Source: Cenococcum geophilum (taxonomy: Eukaryota). From it: a DNA stretch of 64,000 bases. The translations under genes and the position numbers were made by a program. Under the pieces are notes generated by a model. That model did not search any database. It saw only the letters and a program-made list of their open reading frames with translations, and was not told where the DNA came from. Numbering within the stretch: position 1 is the stretch's first letter; the number at the start of each line of letters is the position of its first letter. The stretch lies in contig CP158635.1 of the NCBI GenBank assembly GCA_050273025.1, positions 3,038,001 through 3,102,000 on the forward strand, written 5' to 3'. Of the stretch, positions 40,628-50,765 are shown piece by piece.

Positions 40628-43579
40628 ATACTACAGCTCTAACAATTTCCAGCTAGAGTTCTTCTAGTAATTAAGCCTTAATCTGCATATATTAAGACTT
40701 AATAATAATTACCCCCCTAGAACGTTTAGTAGAACTGTTTTAAGACTTTATATATAGGGCCAACTGCTCTAGTAATATTCCTTTTTAGGTCCTTTAGGTG
40801 TTAAACTCGCCACCTAGAGACGTTTTACCATTAATTTAGATTATTGCGATCTTTAGGTTATATTAACGTTCTACCCTATTTAAGTATTATATATTTACTT
40901 ATATTGTTAACGACTTATAGGCAAAGGTCTTAACCTTATTTAAATACAGAAATTCGTTATAAAAATATATCGTCTAGATATAACCGTTATATGCTACAAT
41001 TTCTAGAAATAAGTTAATATACACTTAGTAGAAGGGTCTAGTTGCCTTACTAGTAGGTAGTCTTCTTAATACAATCTTATAAGCCTTGCTAATAGCATAG
41101 GTCTTATAGTTAATTATCGCTAGACCTTAAAGTTTTACACTACCTATTTCCTAGGGTAAATACTTAATTGCGTCGGGTCCTACATGGCCTAGTCTCTTAT
41201 ACTAGAGTCTACTAGCTACTTCCTAATTAGAAAGGGGGTCTTATAATTAAATTGCGAATAAGGCCTTACTTAGGGTCTTTAATTGCAGCTTGTTATACTC
41301 TAAGGTTAATTAATTATAATAGCGCTTGCAATATACAAACGTCTTATAATTATTTTTATATAGTAGGTTCGTTTTATTATCCTACCATATATCCTTCTTA
41401 TTAAACTTTCTTAGGTAGGCTAAATTTATATAAAAACCTAGTATATAAGCTGCGTTAGCTAAGAAGATCTTTCTAAAACCTAATAGCGTCTAAATAGTAA
41501 TTACCGCCGTCCCTATACCCTTAACTAGATCTATACCCATCTTGGTATATACAAAGTTATTACTTAATTAGAGCTCATTAACGAACCTTAATTAATCGCT
41601 AATAACGTATATAGTGGTTCCGTTGTTAAGGATTACGCTATTATATAACTTATAGTCAGTGCCTACTTTATAGGCGCCTATTTAATATACGCAAAAGGTA
41701 CTATTATCTTCCTTTTTATCTAGGCTTTGTATAGCTTCCTTTTCTAAAGACTACTTCCTAACCTTCTCTAGTATTCGCTTATACTATTCTAAGGCATTAG
41801 CAATCTTTTCCTTAACCTTCTTAGCCGTAGCTTTATCTAATTTCCAATTCTTTAATTAAACCAACTCATTAATATAAGGGCAATCTTAGAACTAGTAAAC
41901 AGCTCCATAGTAGTATATTAGGGTATCTTTCTTCCGTGCCGTCCTAGTAGTAGTTAGGGCCTTGTCCTTAGGAGCCTCGTCCTTAGGAGCCTTATTAATT
42001 AGCTTACCCTAGAAGCTTACTATATTAGCACTAAGCTAAGCTCTATTCTTCTACTAGGCAGTCTTTAATCGTTAATAGTTTTAATATATAGATATTACGT
42101 AGTCCTTGGCCCAGTTATATTTATTAAATTTAACCCTCCATATTAAGGCCTAATTTAGTAATACTGGCTCTACCGCTAGCAGAAAGTCTCTAATTACTTA
42201 GTCGCCGTCTACGTCTAACAATTTAATCTTTTTATAGTTATTATACGTCTTTTCCCACTACTATAACCAGGTTTTAAAGCTCTAGTTCTTTAGACCCTTT
42301 TTAACCTTAGCGTATTAAGTAGATAGGTAGAGCTAATATACAGTATTAGTAGGGGCAACCCTCTCCTTAAGAGTTACTAGTATATTATATACCGAGTTAA
42401 TACCTAGTATATAGGTGTTTAGATGTCTAGCTACTATACCAGTAGTATAGCTTTATAGAGAAGTTAAGGCTGCCTTCTACTTCTTGTACTCCTTCTTTAC
42501 TATCTTATACCTTTTATAGAGAATTTAAAGCTCGTCCTTCTTGTCCTTAGAGAGAGCTATATAGGAGGTTATTCCTAACTTTACGTCTTAAGGCCTAAGA
42601 AAGACTAGCTTAATTAATTGGGGCAACTTGTCCCGTTTAGTTAAGGGGTCAACATATTCCTATACGTCTCCTATTTAGGCTTAAAGCCTAATAAAGTTAA
42701 TCTATTTATCCCAATTAGCTTGGCTCGATAATATCACCATCGTGGTAATAGCTTGGGTAGGTGGTTAAGAAGTTATATTAAAAGGTGCTTGCAGAAAGGC
42801 TAAAGGATTTAGTAATAAGTAGTAATTTAATAAGGGGTATAATTAATTAAATTAAATAGTTAAATAGGGGCAATACGGCAAGCAACCCGGGCTTATAACT
42901 GTTAATTGGTAGTCCGTGCACCGATTGTAAGAAAAGAATGATAACTCTGTCTATTGAATATGGCTTTAAGAGCCTCTATATATACATAGGAAAGGTGTAG
43001 GGAATGAGGGGTAGGGGGGGTGGCAATGGAAACAAGGGGTAGGTGACCGAGTCAATGACCAAGTCAATGATCGAGCCAATGACCGAGTCAATGGGAGGTA
43101 GCTGAGTCGGTGATAAGATAACCTGATTCAGGTCGACAAGAACCTCTCAGTATCTTTTTTTCATAATCTCAACGCATTCTATATCAAAAGTCTAAGCGTC
43201 TTTCAGCGCCTTCATCGGAATCTACGGAGTTATTCACGACGAAAAGTTAAAAGCAGTTCAGCTTCAATGAATGCTACTCTATGCACAGATTACTAATTGG
43301 CCGTAGCTATTATGCCATCGATTCGACTTCCCGAGGTCATTCTTGATATGTTTCTCTCTGTGCTTCACGTCTACGTTACGTCTTTATGTGCTTGCGCAAC
43401 ACATGGTGATACGGTTCATGACATCGCTTTGCACAATAGCACCAGCCCATCCCTTGCTTCAATTCATGTCCCATGGCAAAATAATCATTTTGTGTAATTA
43501 ATTTAGTACTTTGGTTACTTGCGCATCCAAGGTGCTGAGAGCTTGCAAAGGGCAATTACAAAGAAAAACTAACTCAATT

Positions 43580-44845
43580 TTACTCTCTCAAAATCTTTGA
43601 TGCCTTACTCTTCAACTCCCTACTAAGATTCCGCGTCTTTCTCGCTATCGATCTAGCATTAGCCTCTACAATAGATGAATCCACACTGAATCGACTCTGG
43701 TTTGTCGATTCCTGAGAATGTTCGCTGTATGACATATCAAAATTGGAATCATTAGAAAGTCTGTCTTGGAGACTCAAATCCCCTAACATAATCGGGGGTG
43801 ACTGCGCTGAATCATCATGTACACTCGGAGTTTGTAGAGACAGTGAAAAGTTGAACGACGGAATCGGGCGTCCACTCTCATCTTCTCTGTAAGAGGGAAG
43901 ATACCTGCCTGTTCCTGGACCGTAGAGACGCTGATACTCATTCCGATGAGCCATCATCTGAGCGACATCCGCATGGCACTGAAACGGCGCCTGCACATGT
44001 TGGCTCTGATATGTCGGCGCAAACAGTCCCATATCGGCATGATACTGCGCAGGCTCATGCTTCAAATCATCTTCATGCCACCGTTGATCAAACTGCTCAC
44101 GAGTACGGTCCGGTATGTCTGCCGGAGTGGTATGTTTTCCATCCGGCATTCTGTCTAACCAGCCCTTTTTTATAGCTGGCATTCGGCCATCAAACCTTTC
44201 CTGCATGTTTTGAAAGCCCTGTGTATCATTGCAGTTATTCTCATACCACGCCTCTGTTTCAGTCATGATAATTCTATTCCCTGTAAGCTCTCTGACGTCG
44301 CTATGCAATTGCTCTTTGCACTGTTTTTCATACTCGCTTTCTCTATACAGTAGCTCGAGATGGTATACAGAGGTGGCAACTTTCTCTTGGGCAGTCTTGG
44401 TCCACTTGAGGACGCATTCGCGCTCGTATTGTTCTTTAAGAGCAGAGAATTCCTCACCTGGAAGCTTTCCAGAAGTTTCTTCAACGAAAGACAAATTAGC
44501 CCACGAGAATGTCGAACAGGTAGCTCTCTTGTCAGCTTTCTCTTGGTTAGCCTCCTCAGAGCATTGAGAGTCAGCAGCCGACCGTTCTAGGGAGTAGTTG
44601 CTTGTGTGTGGTGTGAGAGAGCAGCCTGGGATGCCTCTAATGCGACGTAGCGAACCATGGGCACCGTGCTTGATCCGGGATGCTGTGCCAACATAACTAG
44701 TCTCGCAAGGCATCTCCGAAGAAGTGTGTGGATGAATATGGATAGAACCGGAAACTGAGGATCCAGAGTGACGGTTAGGGAGAGTAGTGGCATTACGAGT
44801 CAGTCCTTTGTTGCCATAGCGGACGGCGGATAGTGAATCTAACAT
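43580..44845 (-). CDS. Hypothetical protein, 421 aa, intronless, central helical/coiled-coil-like segment
   Basis: Long ORF in non-RIP sequence; no recognised domain; basic C-terminus ARKTRNLSRELKSKASKILRE. Confidence 0.7.
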   Translation of the reverse strand: MLDSLSAVRYGNKGLTRNATTLPNRHSGSSVSGSIHIHPHTSSEMPCETSYVGTASRIKHGAHGSLRRIRGIPGCSLTPHTSNYSLERSAADSQCSEEANQEKADKRATCSTFSWANLSFVEETSGKLPGEEFSALKEQYERECVLKWTKTAQEKVATSVYHLELLYRESEYEKQCKEQLHSDVRELTGNRIIMTETEAWYENNCNDTQGFQNMQERFDGRMPAIKKGWLDRMPDGKHTTPADIPDRTREQFDQRWHEDDLKHEPAQYHADMGLFAPTYQSQHVQAPFQCHADVAQMMAHRNEYQRLYGPGTGRYLPSYREDESGRPIPSFNFSLSLQTPSVHDDSAQSPPIMLGDLSLQDRLSNDSNFDMSYSEHSQESTNQSRFSVDSSIVEANARSIARKTRNLSRELKSKASKILRE

Positions 44846-45383
44846 AAGTTCTGGGTTCCGACGAGACGTGCGAGTGGATTGATATGGATCTACTGTCTTT
44901 GGCTAAGTGCGGGATTTCTTAAACCGCTGAAGAGCCTACCTCGGTCAGTTGTATGATATGGAATCAGCGATTCTAGGCTGCAAATACAATCAAATATGGA
45001 TCGAAACTTCAAAGAGTGAACGGCATAAACCGAATGCTTCGGGGCATTCATATACCTTACGGAGGAGTTCACAACAATGCGTATGCAAAAGCGGCCAGAA
45101 AATAACAAGCGCATTATGTTTTGATAATGCATAGAGACAAGGAATAATGCCGAAATGGCGATACTATGCTTAGATGAAATGAATTGAGATATTTTATCGA
45201 ATAAAATGCATTGCAAAAGTCGTGGAAAGTCATAGTGAAGGAATTGAAGATGTCTATTTTTGATTCTTAGTTCAAAAAACTGGATTGCAAGAAAACAAGT
45301 ACCCGCAGTAGATAAAAGTAAGAATAATATTGATTATTTTAAAACCTTACGCTGACTATCCATCTACCAGTACCTTCGGCCAG

Positions 45384-45986
45384 TTAATGCGGCGGAAGTC
45401 TCGTAACCAATCCCTTCACAGACTTAAAAAGCTTGGAGAGCCACATAACCTTCTTCGTCAGCGCTGGCATGTTTCGCGGTGAAACTGTTTCTCTAGTTAA
45501 TGGCATATTAGTCTCCGAGCTTGTTGCTGTGGACTGCGAGTAACACGAACTAGCCTGCGGGCTGTTCGGGTAGTACTCAAAATCCCCGTTTTGAATAACA
45601 GGCAAGTCGAGTTCCGCATCAAAACTCCCGAGGTCATATGCCACAAAGCCCTGGTCGGAATAGAAGTCAACGCCATGGCCGCCGATATGCGGCAAGTAGT
45701 AGTGGAACTGGAAACTGTCGAGTTCTCGCTTCAGAGCATTAGAAGTAGATGGTAATGCTAAAGTGTCCTTCGTTTTCGGATCCTCTTCATTGATGGTGTC
45801 GAGTTGAGTGAGGAATATATGCGGGCTTGAGCGGCTGCATGGGAGAATCTGCTTGCCTGGGTGTTCTAAGGGCGGCTCATCTATTGCGGGATGGAATAAT
45901 TGGTGGGTAGAACGTACGGAGGCGGGCTTGGGTGGTGCAGGCGAGCTTGACCTTTTGCGTAGAGAAAGGAATTTTGCGAAGAGCAT
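45384..45986 (-). CDS. Hypothetical protein, 200 aa, intronless
   Basis: CAAAATG start context; TATATAA on the minus strand at 46111-46117; basic amphipathic end KKVMWLSKLFKSVKGLVTRL. Confidence 0.6.
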   Translation of the reverse strand: MLFAKFLSLRKRSSSPAPPKPASVRSTHQLFHPAIDEPPLEHPGKQILPCSRSSPHIFLTQLDTINEEDPKTKDTLALPSTSNALKRELDSFQFHYYLPHIGGHGVDFYSDQGFVAYDLGSFDAELDLPVIQNGDFEYYPNSPQASSCYSQSTATSSETNMPLTRETVSPRNMPALTKKVMWLSKLFKSVKGLVTRLPPH

Positions 45987-46469
45987 TTTGGGAATTACTG
46001 TGGAGAACCCTGCTACGTAAAATTTCAGTTTAGGTTAAACTTAGCAACAATATGCTCTCTGTGTATGTAGTTTGATAAAGGCGGGAGCGAGGCCGGCAAC
46101 ATCAATGGGCTTATATAGAAAGTTAAGTATGAAATCCCTTGTCAAATTTATTGAAAGGTAGGATGGCACTCTCCTAACAAAGTGATCGCATAAAGGACAT
46201 AAGCATAGAAATAGCATGCAAATGTGAATAAGAAAAAAATTGCTAGTTCTTTGTTGACATGAAAGAAGTCAAAGGGATTTTCTTGCAGTCACTTAAGAAC
46301 GTGTCGCTTATATGGGGGACGTTTTGCATCTTAAGTTCAAAAACTAAACAATCATAATATAGGCAAAGGATTGACCAAGGAGAATGTATTAAATTTTATA
46401 TTTTAGAGGATTGGAAAAGAAGCACCGGGCCCGTCAGTATGTAGATTTTTTTTATCTCAGCAGCGCACG

Positions 46470-47879
46470 TCAGCGTGGAGGCCACATACGCGCTGCATTG
46501 GATTGAATGGGAGTCCGCGATGCGGTTATATCAGAATCATTATCACCACGATGTCTCCGAGACGGACACCATGATAATCTCTTGATTTTTCGCATCACCC
46601 TGGTCCGAATATTCGAAAGACCGGTGGTAACCCGAGGCCGTGTTTGCAAGGTAACCATGGAGTTTGAGTTAGAAGCATGTGGCATTGGCGGACTTGGGGC
46701 TCTGATTACTAGCCCGACATTAAGCCATGATACCCGGGAATCTGTAAATAGGGACTGATCCGGATACACGTCGTTAATCGTACCTGTGCTACAACCCGAT
46801 TGATCAGAAATTTCCCTATTTTCCATGGGAGACTCGGTCGGTGAACTTTCTGAGTCTTCAAGCCAAAATTTCCTATGCCGAGGCCAGCACTCCCTCAGTT
46901 TCGCATCGTTTTGAAGAATATCAGTGCCAGAGTAATACGAAGGCAAGGAGTCCAGAAATCCACTCACTTGCGCCATTGGAATTCTTGAAGGCAAAGAATG
47001 CTGCCAGGTGAAAATTTGCGCGGAGCCCCAATAAGGACTATCATGTGGGCAGATGTCATCTATCTGGTCCACTGCAAGATCTACATCTGCATCATCGAAG
47101 AAGCTGCGAGGACCAAACGGCACTATGAAAGGCGAGGTGTCCGGATGTATTCGAATCTCTGTCAGCAAGTCACGTAATTCCTTCTCATCCTTGCAAGAAA
47201 TTGGCCCGTACGCCGCACCATTAGGTTCGTTGACAAGGGCCAAGAAGCCGCAGGAATTCCGTGCTAGTGTAGATAGATACAGAGCCTCTTCCTTGGCAAA
47301 AAACTCCTGCATAGCTTCTATCGCGTCTTGATGTTGAGGAGAAATCTCACCTCGTTCTTCTAGAGAAGCAACCAAATCACTGCGATCTCGTTCATCGAAT
47401 GCATAACGCATAGGCAGACTCCATTCGGGATCAAAAACTAGCCTTGCATAAATTGATTCTTCAGAGAATTTTGAAGTGATTTTGGTAGGACTTAGGGTTG
47501 GGTATTTAGAATAACGGGCATCACCCTCATCATCTCGAATGCTTCGGGGTTGATTTAGAGAAGACGAAGTTCCCTCAGTACTTCTTAACATCGTCACGCC
47601 TGTGCCAAAGTGCATGCCCATCCTCTTCTGATCTGGTGAAGTCGCTAGGACCCGAGACCCGTTTCGAAAGATGTGTGGAATTGGTATGGGACTCTCAGCC
47701 ATTTGCGTAAAATCGTCCCCTACAGAAGAGCATGAATTAGTGGCATTGCAGGCAAAGCCTATTGTAATAATACCTGTCTCTCTCTTTGTCCGCTTTCCAG
47801 ATTGACAAGATGGGAAGTCTGTGTCGCAATAATGATCAAAAGTGTTCATAACGGACTGAAGCCCAGCTTCAACCAACAT
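46470..47879 (-). CDS. Hypothetical protein, 469 aa, intronless
   Basis: Long ORF with S/P-rich termini and a basic segment LSNIRTRVMRKIKRLSW near the end; no recognised domain. Confidence 0.7.
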   Translation of the reverse strand: MLVEAGLQSVMNTFDHYCDTDFPSCQSGKRTKRETGIITIGFACNATNSCSSVGDDFTQMAESPIPIPHIFRNGSRVLATSPDQKRMGMHFGTGVTMLRSTEGTSSSLNQPRSIRDDEGDARYSKYPTLSPTKITSKFSEESIYARLVFDPEWSLPMRYAFDERDRSDLVASLEERGEISPQHQDAIEAMQEFFAKEEALYLSTLARNSCGFLALVNEPNGAAYGPISCKDEKELRDLLTEIRIHPDTSPFIVPFGPRSFFDDADVDLAVDQIDDICPHDSPYWGSAQIFTWQHSLPSRIPMAQVSGFLDSLPSYYSGTDILQNDAKLRECWPRHRKFWLEDSESSPTESPMENREISDQSGCSTGTINDVYPDQSLFTDSRVSWLNVGLVIRAPSPPMPHASNSNSMVTLQTRPRVTTGLSNIRTRVMRKIKRLSWCPSRRHRGDNDSDITASRTPIQSNAARMWPPR

Positions 47880-48342
47880 AATTGCGATAAACCGAGTACG
47901 AGATATTGAACGACAAGGTTGGCAGTTACACAGAATGGTAGAGAGAAGGCTCTAATTTTAGCCCAAAACTGGACAGCAGATTGAGGGTGAGTGGCTGTAC
48001 CTTTTGGGCTTTGGCTTGTCCTGGGGTCGTCGAGTACATTTTATAGTACTCACTAACTGCACATTGTAATAGCAAAAATGCGGCTGTGAAGGACGTTGTG
48101 TTTTGCGGAGATGAGTCTCCAAGTTCGCACAATGTCGGCGAAATGTGGAGCACCAACACAGCAAAATAAGAGCACAAAGGAAAGCTTCTGATTAACGAGT
48201 GATTTTGGTAGATCTGGCCCCTAACGTGGCTGAATGGTAAGAAAATCTGGAAAGATGGAAAGGCAATGGGTTGGTGAATGGGGAAACAAATCCTCAACCC
48301 TTATGGCCTGTTACGGTTACAGAATGCCATATTGTAGATGGA

Positions 48343-48640
48343 TCATCCTTGTTTGTATCCCTGCATCTTGTTCCTCGGCGGGAACGTAAGAATAACACCA
48401 AGACCTGCGAAGTCCGCCCCAAGCCAGAAAGCGGAGCGATATCCTTTCAAGGGCTCCTGCTCATTATTATTCGTTCTTTCTTCGAAATTTCCGCCAAATG
48501 CGAGGCCTAATCCGACGCTGTAGTTGACGGCGGTGTTGATAGAACTGCCTGCAGCTTCCTGCAGCTCTTTCAATACCTGGTCGCTTACGATTAAGCTTGC
48601 GCTTTGCAAAGCTGGTAAATTTACGTCCGAATTTATCTGT
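48343..48640 (-). pseudogene. C-terminal fragment of an MFS drug:H+ antiporter (DHA2/ATR1-like)
   Basis: QEAAGSSINTAVNYSVGLGLAFGG...LKGYRSAFWLG..FAGLG resembles the last helices of fungal DHA2 transporters; the N-terminal helices are absent. Confidence 0.6.
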
Positions 48641-49251
48641 AACGGCAGTATAATTAACATCTTTTTGGCCACAAATTAATGCCAATGCCTTGTCAATCGG
48701 CTTCATATTAATGGAGATATCAAGTGTTGAAATTCAATGTGTGTGACGAGAGGCACCGTGCATTTGGTGATACGCACGTGGAGAATTCGTTGGATAAGGA
48801 GCAGTATGCCCGTACGTGCCAACGGTCCACCGGGGGTCTGATCTATGAGATAAAGTCGCCGGAATTCTGGGCATCACTTGGCACAAGCAGTCTTGCTGGA
48901 ATAACTTTGAGTTCTTGGGCTTTGGATTCGGGTGCCGTTCTATCACAGCCTTCATTATCCCACTCGTACGTCGGAATACTCTTCGCGAGCTTGCCTTGAA
49001 GCAGGATAACCCAACAGGTGGAATGATTGCATGATCCCACCCGTATCCACTGGATGTGTGAGGCCCTCTCTTCTGGATTGAACTTTTCATTCAGCGTTCG
49101 ATACTCTCGGCATTCAGAGGAACATGTTCGTCTACGCGGACAGTCTTGGGCATTGCGTCGAAGTTGGACGATGGTACGAGAAGCCAGAGAAGGATCCGCC
49201 TGCACACAGCACGAAGAAATCAAAGTCGAAACATGTCGGATCTAAAGATTC

Positions 49252-49316
49252 GCCAAGGCTTGCACCTATAATGCCAAGGTTTACCTATAATGCCAAGGCT
49301 TACCTACAACGCCAAG
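49252..49316 (+). promoter_or_regulatory. Tandem array of four GCCAAG (PacC/Rim101 consensus GCCARG) motifs
   Basis: GCCAAG at 49252, 49273, 49292 and 49311 within a 19-21-bp repeat unit; function is inferred. Confidence 0.5.
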
Positions 49317-50765
49317 ATGATCAAAAGTCTGCACCAGATGGTTTCGAGTTCAAGGCAGAATTTCCCTATTGGGTAATTTTAAGAGGCTGTGCAAGGAAAA
49401 TTCAACGCCGAGCCAATACAAAGGGGGGGGGGGGCGGTCTTTGCGTTTTCTGGAATTTTCTAGTTTGTCTTAGCAGTGCGACCACACCGAAGGGGGCAAA
49501 ATGAGGAGAGATGCTCAAGCCTTGACATTACACTGTATTAAACATCTTGTACATTTTTACAACGATGTTTAGTGCAATCTATTGTTTGTTACCTATATAC
49601 GGATGCAAAATAAAAGAGAGTAATTATCATAAAACGGGGTAGGAGGATCACATGATGCTCGTTTCTAGGTGTGAGCGGTCTATCTAGAAGTGCTGGCTTA
49701 TTATACAATATGTATGACCGAAAAGCTATCCCTTCGTGTGGCATTTAGCACTTTTCGTATTGGGCGCATTGGGCGCTTCTACTTGGGTTAGCATGCTGCA
49801 GACATCCTAGCTAGCGCGATTTTATTAGCAAGCACCTCAATATATCGACGAAATGCTGTCTAAGGCCACTACAAAAAAGACACTGGATATATATTTTTTG
49901 AGGAAGTTAGGCAGGAAGTTGTAATATATAATGTTATAGCTGTATACTCCTGTCCTTCCTTTATTAACTAGCTGTTTAATTATAGAGGCTTTAGAACTAA
50001 AGACGCACAGCATTTTCTAGGCGGCATAAGGATAATAAGTTGCTGAGGATTTATAATTAAATAGGCAGCAATAATATTAAAGCTTTTTAATTAACTATAC
50101 TATATATTCTATATTCTGTACAGGCTTCCTATCCACGTTGCTGCTACTTACCGCAATATTCGAACGTCAGAGGCGCAGATAAGGCGCCTATACCCCTACC
50201 GCCGAGCAATCGCACCGACCAAGGCTTTAACACCAAGCTATATACAGTATAGAGCCTCTAGATTGGCTTAAGAGGCGTGCATATACGAAAAGTGCATGAA
50301 TTCTTGCCACACGAAGGGATTGCGCTACAAACGCATATCTGTAATTATAAGTAGAACGATACAATACGTAATAACCGATCGTCCACCCCTAGAGATGCGC
50401 CTCCTCGCCGCCGTTTGAGACTTGGCAGCAGAAGCAGGCTATGAGGGCCTCCCTGGATACTAGATTTGGGGCTTGAGGGTGACATCGCTGTCATAGACCA
50501 CAGGTCTGCATATAAATAATCGACTACAATCGGTCTCCTGCCAAGGCGAAGAGCGGATCCTCCCAAGAAGGCGGACAACACCCAAGCCTCGCCGAGAGCC
50601 TCATCCGCGAACGACACTCCAATCTTCACGCAACTTCACGGATATACCAAGACGCTTGCGAAAGTGGCTGTTATGTCGTTATTGCGAATCACACTCCGCG
50701 ATATGGGAACGTGGCACGAATTGTATCTAAATAGGGCAAACCACTCTTGCCACTGTCTGTATATG

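Larger units (their letters stand above)
1..43138. repeat. AT-rich, RIP-mutated nested repeat block
   Basis: TpA excess and CpA/TpG depletion. Reading frames are riddled with TAA/TAG, and paired LTRs differ mostly by C>T/G>A. Composition returns to normal after 43138, with a less-mutated island at about 30730-31590. Confidence 0.95.
31591..43138 (-). mobile_element. Full-length RIPped Ty1/Copia element (non-GalEa) carrying a nested GalEa element
   Basis: LTRs 31591-31839 and 42900-43138; TSD AGAAC (31586-31590; 43139-43143). Polypurine tract GGGGGGGTG (minus strand, 31840-31848). Primer-binding site GTTATAAGCCCGG (minus) next to 42900. RT motif FFYVNNI, the RIP form of FYVDDI, near 32960-32980. 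Confidence 0.95.

Noticed and set aside
49251..49320. CRISPR-like repeat array
   Set aside because: Eukaryotic context, head-to-tail 19-21-bp units without unique spacers, and no cas genes.
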